In this document: positions 1-10,434 of the stretch, one piece after another
Position numbering within the stretch: the first letter of the stretch is position 1
How the letters are laid out: every line of letters begins with the position of its first letter
Source: an uncultured delta proteobacterium
GTDB lineage: Bacteria; Myxococcota_A; Polyangia; Haliangiales; Haliangiaceae
Length of the DNA: 64,000 nt
Assembly (NCBI GenBank): GCA_963848295.1
Contig: CAWKDB010000002.1
Span: 1,376,001-1,440,000 of the forward strand
Reading direction: 5' to 3'
Notes under the pieces: generated by a model
Database searches by the model: none
The model's input: only the letters and a program-made list of their open reading frames with translations
What the model was told of the DNA's origin: nothing
Program-made: the position numbers and the translations under genes

Positions 1-144
1 GTAGGGCGACGAGCCGGCGTCGGCGCCGCCGACCGATGCGGGCTCGTCAGCGACGAGCTCGTGGTGGCCGGTGTGAATCGTTTGCGCGTAGCGCGGGCCG
101 AGCGCGTCGGAGTGCGCCTTGGCGAGAACGGTCGCATCGCTCAT
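1..144 (-). CDS. OsmC family protein (5' part, runs off window)
   Basis: Manual translation from ATG at 144: MSDATVLAKAHSDALGPRYAQTIHTGHHELVADEPASVGGADAGSSPY. The HELVADEP..GG.D.G..P pattern is typical of OsmC/YhfA; follows pirin on the same strand. Confidence 0.8.
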   Translation of the reverse strand, partial: MSDATVLAKAHSDALGPRYAQTIHTGHHELVADEPASVGGADAGSSPY

Positions 145-157
145 GACCGAGCCTCCA

Positions 158-1093
158 TCAATGGCTGTCCTCGGGCAATGGGATGAACTCCTGATCGTCG
201 CCGGGGATCGCCGGGAACTCGCGCGCGCGCCAACCGCGCTTCGCCGCCGCGATCTTGTCCTTGCTCGACGACACGAAGTTCCACTCGATGAACCGTTGAC
301 CGATCGCCGGGCCGCCGAATAGAAACACGCGCGCGGGCGCGGACGCGATGACCTCGACCGCCGCATCGGCGCGCAGCACCGCGAGCGCATTGGTCGCGAG
401 CGGCTGGTCACCGGCGATGACATCACCGGCGATGACCACGAGGCCGCGTTCCGGCCCATCCACGGGGAGCGTCACGTGGCTGCCCGCGGCGAGCTCGAGG
501 TCGACGAGCATCGGCCGACTCGGATGGACGATCGGTGAGCGCTGGCCGAACGCAGCGCCGAGCAACACGCGGCCGGTGACGCCGGGCGCCGGCGCGATCA
601 CGGGCAACGTCGCCTGCGGGTGGTGCTCGAAGCTCGGCGCGTCGCCTTCGTTCGCCTCGGGCAGCGCGAGCCAGATCTGCAGCCCGTGCATCTCGCCGCC
701 GGTGGCGCGAAACTCGGGGTCGGCGCGCTCGGAATGGACGACGCCGCGGCCCGCGGTCATCAAATTGATATCGCCCGGGCGATTGTGGCGAACGTTGCCG
801 AGGCTATCGCGATGGACATTCTCGCCGGCGAAGAAGTACGTGACGGTCGACAGGCCGATGTGCGGATGCGGCCGAACGTCGAACCCGACGCCGGGGGCGA
901 GCGCGACCGGCCCCATGTGGTCGATGAACGCGAACGGCCCGATCGTCCGGCGCCGAGGCGATGGCAACAGCCGGGCGACGACGATCGAGTCGACGCCGCG
1001 CGGGCGACCTTCGATCACGAGCTCGATCGCGCCCGATGCGCGCGTCGCGTTCGGATCGGTGCAAGTCGGATCGGGAACGGGAAGCGTGCTCAC
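158..1093 (-). CDS. Pirin family protein
   Basis: GPFAFIDHMGP, HPHIGLSTVTY, MTAGRGVVHSE, LQIWLALP and WNFVSS pirin motifs. Confidence 0.95.
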   Translation of the reverse strand: MSTLPVPDPTCTDPNATRASGAIELVIEGRPRGVDSIVVARLLPSPRRRTIGPFAFIDHMGPVALAPGVGFDVRPHPHIGLSTVTYFFAGENVHRDSLGNVRHNRPGDINLMTAGRGVVHSERADPEFRATGGEMHGLQIWLALPEANEGDAPSFEHHPQATLPVIAPAPGVTGRVLLGAAFGQRSPIVHPSRPMLVDLELAAGSHVTLPVDGPERGLVVIAGDVIAGDQPLATNALAVLRADAAVEVIASAPARVFLFGGPAIGQRFIEWNFVSSSKDKIAAAKRGWRAREFPAIPGDDQEFIPLPEDSH

Positions 1094-1134
1094 GGGTCAC
1101 CTCGTCGCCCGCGACCATAGCAGTCGCGGCGTTA

Positions 1135-4100
1135 GTGGGGGACAATGTGCGAGTGCGGGGCCACGCGCCGTTCGGCTCGGTCGACATCATCACGCGGGCC
1201 CTGCTCGACGAGTTTCCCGAGCTCGATCGGGAGCGGCTACGCGCCGCGGTCGAGCGCGCGACCGCGAAGGCGGCGAGCGCCTCGCTCGACACCGAGGGCT
1301 ATCGCGTCGTCGACTTGCACCTCGCGCGCGCCGAAGCGGCCGAGCAGAGCGACGAACGCGCGCAGATCTTACGCGAGCTGTCCGACACGCTCGCCGAGCG
1401 CGACGACGCAGACCGCGCGCTCGTCGTTCGGCTCGCCGCGTTCACCGAGGTCGCGACGAAAGCGGATGTCGAGCCGTTGTTGCGCCTCGCGCGAATCACG
1501 CAACGGTGGAGTGACCTGCCGCTCGAGACCATCGCCGCGCTCGTCGACGTTCAAGATGAAGGCGGCGTCGCGCGGTTGACCGAGCTCGCCACCGCGTGGC
1601 AGCACCTCGGACGCGGCTACCTCGCGGCCGACGCGCTCGAGCGCGTGCTGTTGGTCGCGCCGGGCGATACGCACGCGAACGAAGCGCTGGAGCTGTTCTA
1701 TCGCAGCAACGCGGAGTGGTCGGTGCTGATCGACCTGCTCGGCCGCCGCGCGATCCACGTCGAGGACGACCAGGAGCGCGCCGATCTTTACCGCGAGATC
1801 GCGGTGGTCTACGAGCGCGAGCTCGCCGACGACTCGGCCGCGCTCGATGCGCTGCGCGAGGCCGATCGGCTCGAGCCGAACCTGCCCGAGGTGCTCGATG
1901 CGATCTCGCGCCTCGCCTCTCAGGTCGGCGTGCCCGACGATGAAGCGGTCACCGCGCTCGAGCGACTCGCGGCGCAGACGATCGACGCCGTGGTGCGCGC
2001 CGCGATCCTGGTCCGAGCCGCCGATCTCGCGAAGCTGATCGATTGGGACCGCGCGCACGCCTTGTACGAGCGCGCCCGTGCCGACGATCCCGACCACGCG
2101 CCGGCGATCGACGGCTTTGTCAGCCTGCTCAAGGACCGCGGTCAGCTCTCGGAGGCGATCACGCTGCTCACGAATGCGGCCGAGCGCCCGGGACTCGTCG
2201 CGGAGCGCGGGCGCTGGCTCGCGGACGCCGCGGATCTCTGCGTCGCGCTCGGCGACACGGACTGGGCGAAGCAGCTGTATCGCGATGCGCGCGTCGCCGA
2301 TCCGACGAACCACAAGGCCGGCGTGGCGCTGGTCGAGCTGTGCTGGGATACCGGTTCGCTCGTCGAGCTCGCGCCGATCCTCGACGAGCTATGCCGGACG
2401 ACCGAGGATCCGCGCCGGCTGCGCGGCTACTTGCTCCAGCGCAGCAAGGTCGCGGCCGAGCTCGGCGACAACACCGGTGCGCGCTCGGCGCTGTCGCGAG
2501 CGGTCGAGCTCGATCCCGAAGACGCCGCGCCCCGCCGCGAGCTCGGCGATCTGTTGTTCGAAGCGCGCGCCTACACGAAGGCACGCCCGCTGCTCGAAGG
2601 CTTGCTCGAGGACGAGGACTTGCTGCCGCCGGCGACACGGCCCGAGCTGCACTATCGCATCGCGCGATCGGCGCGCGAGACCGGCGATCAAGAGGCCGCG
2701 GCGAGACACGTGTCGATCGCGCTCGCGCTCGCTCCCGATCACCAGGACGCGCTCGTGTTGCGCACCGAGCTCGACACCGGCGACCCGTTCACCCGCGCCG
2801 CCGACCAGCTCGCGCTCGCGAACCTCGGACCGGTCGAGGAGAAGGCGACGCGGTACGCCGCGCTCGGCGATCGCTACAGCGAGCTCGGCGATCCGATGAC
2901 CGCGCGCGAGATGTACCGCGAGGCGCTCGCTCACCGCCCGGGCGATCACCTGCTGCTGACGAAGTTCCTCGGCCTGGTCGCCGACGACGGCGACTGGAGC
3001 TACAGCATCGATCTCGTCCAGCGCTTGATCGACACCGAACAAGACCCGAAAGTTCGCGCGCGCTATCGCCACCTCGCGGCGATGATCGCGCGCGACGAGC
3101 TCGACGACGCCGAGCGCGCGGTCGCCTTGCTCGACCAAGCGATCGATGACGACCCGCTGTCGTTCGCCGCCGCCGATGATCTCGAAGCCTTGCTCGCGAA
3201 CAACAGCGGCGCCGTGGCGAGCTTCTACTATCGCCGCCTGGAGCACGTCCGCGGCGACGAGGGCCGCGACGGCGAGCGTTTGCGCCTGTGGGACAAGCTC
3301 GGCGAGCTCTGCCTCGCGAGCGGCGAGACCGACAACGCGATCGCGTCGTTCGAGGTCGCTCTGTCCCTCGATCCCGACAACGCCGGTCGCCGCGCGCGTC
3401 TCGCCGATCTGTGCATCGCGAGCCCGCAACACGATGGCAAGGCGATCGCGCTGCATCAGCGCGTGCTGCGCGACGACAAGCGGAGGATCGCGTCGTACGA
3501 GGCGTTGCGCGTGCTGTATCGCCGCGGCGGTCAGCAGGCGAAGGCGCAGGCGTGCGACGAAGCGTTGGCGGTGCTCGGTGCGGCGAAGCGCGACTCGGTC
3601 GAAGCCAAGCTCGGCGAGCTGTTCGAGCAAACCGATCCGAAGCGCGTGATCGCCACGCCGGCGCGCACGCTCGGCGCGGACGATTGGAAGGCGCTCGCCC
3701 GGCTCGAGCGCGAGCTCCAGCTGTCGGCGCTGTTCGCGCTGGTCGCCCCGGCGTTCGCCGCAGAGCGCTCGCGGATCGAGCCGAAACGCGGCGCGCCCGC
3801 GCGCGAGGACGAGGTGCCCGCGGCGACCGCGCGGACGCTCGAGCGCGTCCTGACCGCGTTCGGGATCGCGCGCCCGCCGGTCTACGTCGATCGCGGCAAC
3901 CCGACGCCCGCGGCGCTCGAGCTGCGATCGCGCGACGGCGCGCTCGTGCCGGTGCTCGTCCTCGGCAAAGAGCTCGACGATCCGCACGCTCAGGCGTTCT
4001 CGCTCGCCCGGGTGCTCGCGAACTTGCGCCGCGATCGGATCGCGCGCGTGCTGTGCCACAGCGCGCGCGAGCTCGCACAGATGGTCGAGCTCGCGATGTC

Positions 4101-4422
4101 CGTCACCGACGATCCGACGCGATCGTCCGCGCGCTGGCTCGCCTCCGCGCTGCATCCGGTCGAGCTCGATCAGGTGCTCGCGATCGGCGCGCGCCTGCGC
4201 GAGCGGAGCGTGCAACCCTTGCGCGCCGCGAACGACTGGCTCGCCGCGACGTTGCTGTCCGGCGACTTGATCGGCTTCGTCGTCGTCGGCGACCTGGCGC
4301 GGTGCGCTCATCAGCTCGCGACCGAGCCATCCGGGCCCGAGCGCGTCACCGAGCTCGTGTGGTCGAGCGTCACCGAGGACATCCTCGGCGTGCGCGCGCG
4401 GTTCTCGAGCTGGAGCGACTGA
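1135..4422 (+). CDS. Large TPR-repeat protein, myxobacterial AgmK-like, with a possible degenerate M48-like C-terminal domain
   Basis: Repeated helical TPR-like units (ALERVLLVAPGD, AVELDPED, ALSLDPDN). Start uncertain (ORF open from 961, which would overlap pirin). Confidence 0.7.
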   Translation: MGDNVRVRGHAPFGSVDIITRALLDEFPELDRERLRAAVERATAKAASASLDTEGYRVVDLHLARAEAAEQSDERAQILRELSDTLAERDDADRALVVRLAAFTEVATKADVEPLLRLARITQRWSDLPLETIAALVDVQDEGGVARLTELATAWQHLGRGYLAADALERVLLVAPGDTHANEALELFYRSNAEWSVLIDLLGRRAIHVEDDQERADLYREIAVVYERELADDSAALDALREADRLEPNLPEVLDAISRLASQVGVPDDEAVTALERLAAQTIDAVVRAAILVRAADLAKLIDWDRAHALYERARADDPDHAPAIDGFVSLLKDRGQLSEAITLLTNAAERPGLVAERGRWLADAADLCVALGDTDWAKQLYRDARVADPTNHKAGVALVELCWDTGSLVELAPILDELCRTTEDPRRLRGYLLQRSKVAAELGDNTGARSALSRAVELDPEDAAPRRELGDLLFEARAYTKARPLLEGLLEDEDLLPPATRPELHYRIARSARETGDQEAAARHVSIALALAPDHQDALVLRTELDTGDPFTRAADQLALANLGPVEEKATRYAALGDRYSELGDPMTAREMYREALAHRPGDHLLLTKFLGLVADDGDWSYSIDLVQRLIDTEQDPKVRARYRHLAAMIARDELDDAERAVALLDQAIDDDPLSFAAADDLEALLANNSGAVASFYYRRLEHVRGDEGRDGERLRLWDKLGELCLASGETDNAIASFEVALSLDPDNAGRRARLADLCIASPQHDGKAIALHQRVLRDDKRRIASYEALRVLYRRGGQQAKAQACDEALAVLGAAKRDSVEAKLGELFEQTDPKRVIATPARTLGADDWKALARLERELQLSALFALVAPAFAAERSRIEPKRGAPAREDEVPAATARTLERVLTAFGIARPPVYVDRGNPTPAALELRSRDGALVPVLVLGKELDDPHAQAFSLARVLANLRRDRIARVLCHSARELAQMVELAMSVTDDPTRSSARWLASALHPVELDQVLAIGARLRERSVQPLRAANDWLAATLLSGDLIGFVVVGDLARCAHQLATEPSGPERVTELVWSSVTEDILGVRARFSSWSD

Positions 4423-4426
4423 GAGG

Positions 4427-6142
4427 CTAGAGCCCGACGACGATCAGGTGACCGGCGTTGATCGCGTAGATGCGGCCGAGATGATCGAGGGCGACCGGCG
4501 TGTACGCGGCGCCGATCGCCTCGCCGAGAAAATACCAGCCGATGAAGTTGCCGTCGCCGTCGATCGCGTAGAGGTGGCCGTCTTCGCTGTTGAGGTAGCT
4601 CACGCCGTCGCGGTCGACGGCCGGTGCGTTGATGCACCACTCGAAGCCGTTGGGATGATCGTCGACGCAGGTGATCGTGCCGTCCGGCGCGCGCGTGCAG
4701 CTCTGGGTCTCCGTGCTCGTGAACCGCCACACCGGCTGGAGCTGTGCGTTCAGCTTCGTGACGTAGTACGGCCCCTCGTCCTGGCCCTGCTCGGTCGTCC
4801 CGTAGTGGTTGTCCTTCTCGATGATCGAGCCGTCGGGCAACACCGCCGGCGTCGAGTCCCAGCCGAAGTCGAACGTCGAGATCAGGCCGCCCTTCGCGTC
4901 GAGGTGCAGCAAGTGGCCGCGCCCGGCGTTGTACGTGCTGTACGCCCCGTAGAGCACGCCGCCATCGGCCAGCGCGACCGGCGACGCCGACGAATCGTCG
5001 TCGACCAGCATCGCCGGCATCTGGCCCGTCGTCGGATCGATGCCCTTGCCGGCTCCTGCGGTGCACAGCGTCGTGACGTCACAGCCGTCGGCGACCAAGC
5101 CGCGCAGCGATGTCGCCCAGTTCGTCGTCAGCGAGTCGGAGTCGATCGATACGAGGTACGAGTAGTACTCGTCGTACTGCGCGTGGGTCGCGACGAACAT
5201 CGTGCCGTTCGGCGCGAACGCCGGCGCCGCGTTGAGCCCGGGCATCTGCCGTCCGCAATTGCCGGTCGGCGCGGGCAGCACGTTGCCATCGGCGTCGATC
5301 GGCGGATAACCCTGCATGTACATCTGGGCGGTGTACGGATAGCTGCACGTCGCGTCGCCAGCCGGCGCGCCCGGCACGAGGTCGGCATAGCTCGCGATCC
5401 GGGTATCGCCATCGGGCGCGATCGCGACGAGCCACGCGTCGGCGGCCTCGCGCGCCGGGTTGTTATGATCGAGGTGGATCGCGTTGTAGTACACGCTGCC
5501 CTGGTGCACCGCGAGCGCGCCGGCGACGTAGACATCGGGGTTGGTCTGAAACGGCGCGATGTAGCGCACGACCGCGCCGGTGGTCGCGTCGAGCTCCCAC
5601 ACCGAGCCGCCCTCGCCCGGAATCGCGATGAAGTTGTCGACGAGCGCGGGCTGGAACACCGGCTCGAAGTAGTGGCCCGGCTCTGGCTTCCAGTCCGAGG
5701 TGAACGTCCACATCGGCACCAGCTGATCGCCGTGCCATTCGTAGCGCGATTCGGTCCAGGTCTCGCTGTTCAGCCGATAGAGCTCGTCGGACTCGAAGCA
5801 ATCGGGCACGGTGAGCGTGCCGGTCATCGGGTCTTTGACCCGCTCGCAAGACGTGTACGTCCCGCCCTTGCTCGACATGAACACCGCGTCGCCGTCGATC
5901 AACGGCGCTTGATAGTGAATGACCAGGTCGCCGGTCGAGTCGGCGACTTCTTCGGCGGTGAACGGATCGATCACGACCGACGCGAGCTGGCGACCGAGCG
6001 GCTGGCCGGCGACGCAGCTCTGGCCGCTGTGCGACGGGTCGTTGCCCCACTGATGCCACGAATCGCAGAACGCGTTGTCGGGTTGCGTGTTGTCGCCGCA
6101 CGCGGCGAGCGCGACGACGGCGATGATCAAGTGGCGGCTCAT
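4427..6142 (-). CDS. Lipoprotein with PQQ-like beta-propeller repeats
   Basis: MSRHLIIAVVALAAC lipobox; W.QWG.D..HSG; SSASPVAL, WDSTPAV, NSEDGHLYAID repeats. Confidence 0.7.
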   Translation of the reverse strand: MSRHLIIAVVALAACGDNTQPDNAFCDSWHQWGNDPSHSGQSCVAGQPLGRQLASVVIDPFTAEEVADSTGDLVIHYQAPLIDGDAVFMSSKGGTYTSCERVKDPMTGTLTVPDCFESDELYRLNSETWTESRYEWHGDQLVPMWTFTSDWKPEPGHYFEPVFQPALVDNFIAIPGEGGSVWELDATTGAVVRYIAPFQTNPDVYVAGALAVHQGSVYYNAIHLDHNNPAREAADAWLVAIAPDGDTRIASYADLVPGAPAGDATCSYPYTAQMYMQGYPPIDADGNVLPAPTGNCGRQMPGLNAAPAFAPNGTMFVATHAQYDEYYSYLVSIDSDSLTTNWATSLRGLVADGCDVTTLCTAGAGKGIDPTTGQMPAMLVDDDSSASPVALADGGVLYGAYSTYNAGRGHLLHLDAKGGLISTFDFGWDSTPAVLPDGSIIEKDNHYGTTEQGQDEGPYYVTKLNAQLQPVWRFTSTETQSCTRAPDGTITCVDDHPNGFEWCINAPAVDRDGVSYLNSEDGHLYAIDGDGNFIGWYFLGEAIGAAYTPVALDHLGRIYAINAGHLIVVGL

Positions 6143-6229
6143 CGAGCACCGCGAGAATAGATCGACTCGTCGCGCGACGGGCGCGAAACGCCGCCGGCAT
6201 GAGCTGGCAGCGCCGCGCACCCGCTAAAT

Positions 6230-7327
6230 TTAGCTCGGCGGCGGAGCGATCCGGCCGGTGCCGGTCATCGTGCCGTAGACCTGGATCACGCCGCCGCCGC
6301 CACCGCCGCCGCCGCCGCCCGCCGTGGTCGACTCGAACCGGTCGTCGCCGGTGACGCCGGTGGTCGCGGTGCCGTCGCCGCCATCGCCGCCGTGCAAGGT
6401 GTCGTTGAAGCCACCGCCGCCGACGTGGGTCGGAGAGGTCGACTCGTTGCCGGCGTGACCGCTCGAGGTGTCCGCTCCCTCGCCGCCGCCGCCGCCGATC
6501 GCCCAGACGCCGCCATCGATCGTGACCGCCGGTGCGTCGAACACGATCATGCCGCCGGCGCCGCCGCCGCTGCCGCCGCCGTTCGTCGCCTTGCCGCCGG
6601 CGCCGCCGCTGCCCGACGCGTCGATCGCGCCCAGGCCGGTGACCGTGATCGACTGGCCGGCGATGAAGTAGATCGCCCCGCCGCCGAGACCCCCGCCGGT
6701 CGGGTTGCCACTGCCGCCCTGCCCCGGGCAGCCCGCGACGAGGCTCGTCGGCACCAGCGCTCCGCCGTGCACGCCACCGGTCGAGTTGCCGCCGTCGCCT
6801 CCGCTGCCGCCGAAGCTCCCGCCGGCGCCACCGCCGGCCGATCCCGGCGCGGTCCCCGCATCGCAGTCTCCGGGGCCACCCGGGCCGCTGTCGCCGACCA
6901 CGCTCGACGCGTCGACCATGTCGTCGAGCGTCATCGTTTCGGTCGCCACGACGAGCAACGCCTTGTCGCCGGTGACCGCGACCCCTTGCTCGAGCGAGAC
7001 CGTCGCCCCGGCGATCACGCAGACGCCGTCGAGCTTCTTACCCGTGACCGTCGTGTCGCATGCAAACGTGCTCGTGTCGATCTCCGCGGTCGAGCCGAGA
7101 TCGACCGCCTGGGTCGGCAGCGTGATGAAGCACGCGCTCAGGGGGCCGCTGCCGAAGCAGGTCCCGGCGAACGCGTCCGGGGTGGCCGGTGCGTCGAGCC
7201 GCGGCCCATCGCCATGCGTCCGAGCCGCATCGGGCGCCCCAGCGTTGCCCGTACCACCGCTTGGCGTCGTGAAGCTGCACCCCGCGACAGTGAGTGCGAA
7301 CGCGCTCCATCTCAATAACCCGACCAC
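6230..7327 (-). CDS. Gly-rich secreted lipoprotein
   Basis: LTVAGC lipobox; repeated GGGAGGSFG / GGGAGGMI / GGGGGGVI blocks; GTG start inferred. Confidence 0.65.
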   Translation of the reverse strand: MVGLLRWSAFALTVAGCSFTTPSGGTGNAGAPDAARTHGDGPRLDAPATPDAFAGTCFGSGPLSACFITLPTQAVDLGSTAEIDTSTFACDTTVTGKKLDGVCVIAGATVSLEQGVAVTGDKALLVVATETMTLDDMVDASSVVGDSGPGGPGDCDAGTAPGSAGGGAGGSFGGSGGDGGNSTGGVHGGALVPTSLVAGCPGQGGSGNPTGGGLGGGAIYFIAGQSITVTGLGAIDASGSGGAGGKATNGGGSGGGAGGMIVFDAPAVTIDGGVWAIGGGGGEGADTSSGHAGNESTSPTHVGGGGFNDTLHGGDGGDGTATTGVTGDDRFESTTAGGGGGGGGGGVIQVYGTMTGTGRIAPPPS

Positions 7328-7400
7328 GGTCAGGTTATGCCCTAAACAAACTGATCGTAACACTTGCAACGGACGCACGTGTAAGACGAAAACCGCCTCC

Positions 7401-8876
7401 ATGCAGCGAATTGCCGCCCTTATTATCGCCTTGGTCGCGGTCCCCGCCGTGGCCCACGCGGACGTCGAGATCGGCGGCATCGCCGGCGCCCACATCTTCA
7501 GCGACACGAACGAGCTCGGCGTCAGCAAGAGCCCGACCGCGTACAGCGAGAGCAACGGCGCGCTGTTCGGGCTCCGGCTCGGCGTGTACTTCACCCAGCA
7601 CCTCGGCGTCGAGGCGGAGGGCGCGTACCTCCCGAACGAGTCGCGCATGCTGCTGTTTGATGTGAACAACATCCTGTACCGGGGGCAGCTCGTCTACCGG
7701 TTTCAGAACGGCCCGTCCAGCGTGTTCGTCCCGTTCGTGCTCGCGGGCGGCGGCATCATGCAGATCGTCAAGACCGACAACGACATCCTGATCCACAAGG
7801 GTCACGAGGCGATGGGTTACATCGGCGCGGGCGCCATGTACCGCGCGCAAGGCGACTGGGGGATCCGCGGCGATCTCCGCGCGATCGTCGTCCCGAGCTC
7901 GGGCAGCAGCAGCGTGACGCTCGACTACGAAGTCGTGTTCAGCCTCAACAAGGTGTTCGGTCGCGCCCACCCGCCGAAGCACGTCGCGCCGCCGCCGCCG
8001 CCGAAGGATGAGGATCCGGACCACGACGGCATCCTCGGTGACAAGGACAAGTGCCCGAACGACCCCGAGGACAAGGACGGCTTCCAGGACGAGGACGGCT
8101 GCCCGGATCCGGATAACGACAAGGACGGCATCCTGGACAAGGACGACAAGTGCCCGAACGAGGCAGGCCCGGCCGAGAACAACGGCTGCCCCGACAAGGA
8201 CACCGACGGTGATGGCATCGTCGATCGCCTCGACAAGTGCCCGAACGACCCGGAGACCAAGAACGGCTATCAGGACGAGGATGGCTGCCCGGACGAGATC
8301 CCGGAGAAGGTGAAGCAGTTCACCGGCGCGATCCAAGGCATCACGTTCAAGCTCGGCTCGGCAGACCTCGCGCCGCAATCGAACGCGATCCTCGACAAGG
8401 CGGTCGCGGTGCTCGCCGAGTTCAAGGACGTCAAGCTCGAGATCCAGGGCCACACCGACGACCAACCGCTCGGCAAGAAGTCCAAGTTCGCCGACAACGT
8501 CGCGCTGTCCCAAGCGCGCGCCGACTCGGTGAAGGCGTACTTCGTCAAGAAGGGCATCGACGAGTCGCGGCTGACCTCGAAGGGCTACGGCGACACCATG
8601 CCGGTCGTCGATCCGAAGGGTCTGACCGGCGGCAAGCTGAACGCCGCGCGCGCGAAGAACCGCCGCGTCGAGTTCAAGCTGGTCATGGGCGCTCCGCCCG
8701 CCCCGCCTGCAGCACCGGCCACGCCTGCGACGCCGGCCGCCCCTGCGACGCCAGCGCCAGCCACGCCCGCTGCGCCGACGCCGGCCACGCCGACTCCGGC
8801 CGCGGCTCCCGCGGCGCCGGCAGCAGCCACCGCGCCGGCGGCGCCCGCTCCGCCGGCCCATCCCGCCGCGAAGTAA
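7401..8876 (+). CDS. OmpA family protein: OM beta-barrel + thrombospondin type-3 repeats + OmpA C-terminal domain + Pro/Ala/Thr tail
   Basis: Signal peptide; repeated D.D.DGI.D..DKCP; IQGHTD, LSQARA, NRRVEF motifs. Confidence 0.92.
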   Translation: MQRIAALIIALVAVPAVAHADVEIGGIAGAHIFSDTNELGVSKSPTAYSESNGALFGLRLGVYFTQHLGVEAEGAYLPNESRMLLFDVNNILYRGQLVYRFQNGPSSVFVPFVLAGGGIMQIVKTDNDILIHKGHEAMGYIGAGAMYRAQGDWGIRGDLRAIVVPSSGSSSVTLDYEVVFSLNKVFGRAHPPKHVAPPPPPKDEDPDHDGILGDKDKCPNDPEDKDGFQDEDGCPDPDNDKDGILDKDDKCPNEAGPAENNGCPDKDTDGDGIVDRLDKCPNDPETKNGYQDEDGCPDEIPEKVKQFTGAIQGITFKLGSADLAPQSNAILDKAVAVLAEFKDVKLEIQGHTDDQPLGKKSKFADNVALSQARADSVKAYFVKKGIDESRLTSKGYGDTMPVVDPKGLTGGKLNAARAKNRRVEFKLVMGAPPAPPAAPATPATPAAPATPAPATPAAPTPATPTPAAAPAAPAAATAPAAPAPPAHPAAK

Positions 8877-8937
8877 TCGCAAGGGCAGTCCGGCGCGATC
8901 CGTGGTGAGCGCACCGCACGTCGAGGCCCGCCCAGAT

Positions 8938-8964
8938 TCGCTATTGACTACATTTCAATAGCGA
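8938..8964. promoter_or_regulatory. Palindromic operator overlapping a putative -35 (TTGACT) upstream of the monooxygenase
   Basis: TCGCTATTGA-ctacatt-TCAATAGCGA: perfect 10-bp inverted repeat, AT-rich in a GC-rich background, ending 14 bp before the ATG at 8979. Confidence 0.6.
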
Positions 8965-8978
8965 TCCAAGTTAAGGGC

Positions 8979-10433
8979 ATGGCCGACGTCCTGTCCGCGA
9001 TCGTCGTAGGCGCCGGGTTCTCGGGCATCGCCGCTGGAGTCTCGTTGCGCAAGGCGGGGATCCGCGACTTCGTGATCCTCGAGAAGGCGAAGCGAGTCGG
9101 CGGCACCTGGCGCGAGAACACGTACCCCGGCGCGGCGTGCGACGTCCCTTCGCACCTGTATTCGTTCTCGTTCGAGCCGAACCCGAGCTGGTCGCGCGCG
9201 TACAGCCGGCAAGCCGAGATCCTCGCGTACCTCGAGCACTGCGCCGACAAGTACGGCCTGCGCGACCACCTGCGCTTCGATCATCGCGTCTTGTCGGCCG
9301 AGCTCGACGACGCCACCAGCACGTGGCGGGTCGAGACCTCGCACGGCGTGCTCGTCGCGCGCTCGCTGCTGCTCGGCAACGGCGCACTGCACGTGCCCCA
9401 GCTGCCGGCGATCCCGGGGCTCGCGTCGTTCGAGGGCACGCAGTTTCATTCGGCGCAGTGGAACCACGGCTACGAGCTCGCCGGCAAACGCGTCGCGGTG
9501 ATCGGCACCGGCGCGAGCGCGATCCAGTTCGTCCCCGAGATCGCGAAGCAGGTCGCCAAGCTCGAGGTGTTCCAGCGCACGCCGCCGTGGATCATGCCGA
9601 AGCGCGATCGCGAGATGACCTCGCGCGAGCGTTGGATGTTCGAGCACGTGCCGGCGACTCACGCGCTGCGCCGCACCGGCCAGTACTGGCTGATGGAGAG
9701 CACGGTGATCGGCTTCGCGTTCGCGCCCAAGGTCAACCAGTTGCTCGAGCGCCTGCCGCGTCGCTTCCTCGCGAACCAGGTCGCCGACCCCGAGCTGCGC
9801 GCGAAGTTGACGCCGACGTACCGCTTCGGCTGCAAGCGGGTGCTGATCTCGAACGATTATTATCCGGCGTTGCAACGCGACAATGTCGCGCTCGTCACCG
9901 ACGCGATCACCGCGGTCGAACCGCGCGGCATCCGCACCGCCGATGGCAAGCTGCACGAGGTCGACGCGATCATCTGCGGCACCGGGTTCAAGGTCAGCGA
10001 GTACTTGTCGCCGATCCGGATCGTCGGCAAGAGCGGCGTCGAGCTGTCCGACGCGTGGCGCGAGACGCTGCGCAACTACCTCGGCATCACGGTCTCCGGA
10101 TTTCCGAATCTGTTTCTGCTGATGGGGCCGAACACCGGGCTCGGCCACAACTCGATGATCTTCATGATCGAGGCGCAGGCGCGCTATGCGACCGCAGCGA
10201 TCGCCGCGATGCGCGAGCACAAGCTCGCCGCGATCGATGTCAAGCCGAGCGTCGAACAGGCGTTTCGAGCGGAGCTCGCGCGCAAGATGAAGTCGACGGT
10301 GTGGGCGACCGGCTGTCAGAGCTGGTACCAGACGCCGAACGGCGAGGTGTTCTTGTGGCCGGGCGCGACCTTCGACTATTGGTGGCGCACGCGCCGCGTC
10401 GAGCTCGCCGACTACGACCAGCGCGCGGCGTGA
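8979..10433 (+). CDS. Flavin-containing monooxygenase (type I Baeyer-Villiger monooxygenase family)
   Basis: GAGFSG; GGTWRENTYPGAACD; FEGTQFHSAQW (FxGxxxHxxxW); second GTGASA motif. Confidence 0.95.
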   Translation: MADVLSAIVVGAGFSGIAAGVSLRKAGIRDFVILEKAKRVGGTWRENTYPGAACDVPSHLYSFSFEPNPSWSRAYSRQAEILAYLEHCADKYGLRDHLRFDHRVLSAELDDATSTWRVETSHGVLVARSLLLGNGALHVPQLPAIPGLASFEGTQFHSAQWNHGYELAGKRVAVIGTGASAIQFVPEIAKQVAKLEVFQRTPPWIMPKRDREMTSRERWMFEHVPATHALRRTGQYWLMESTVIGFAFAPKVNQLLERLPRRFLANQVADPELRAKLTPTYRFGCKRVLISNDYYPALQRDNVALVTDAITAVEPRGIRTADGKLHEVDAIICGTGFKVSEYLSPIRIVGKSGVELSDAWRETLRNYLGITVSGFPNLFLLMGPNTGLGHNSMIFMIEAQARYATAAIAAMREHKLAAIDVKPSVEQAFRAELARKMKSTVWATGCQSWYQTPNGEVFLWPGATFDYWWRTRRVELADYDQRAA

Positions 10434-10434
10434 C

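Noticed and set aside
8690..8870. Pro/Ala/Thr DNA repeats as a separate element
   Set aside because: Low-complexity coding tail of the OmpA protein.
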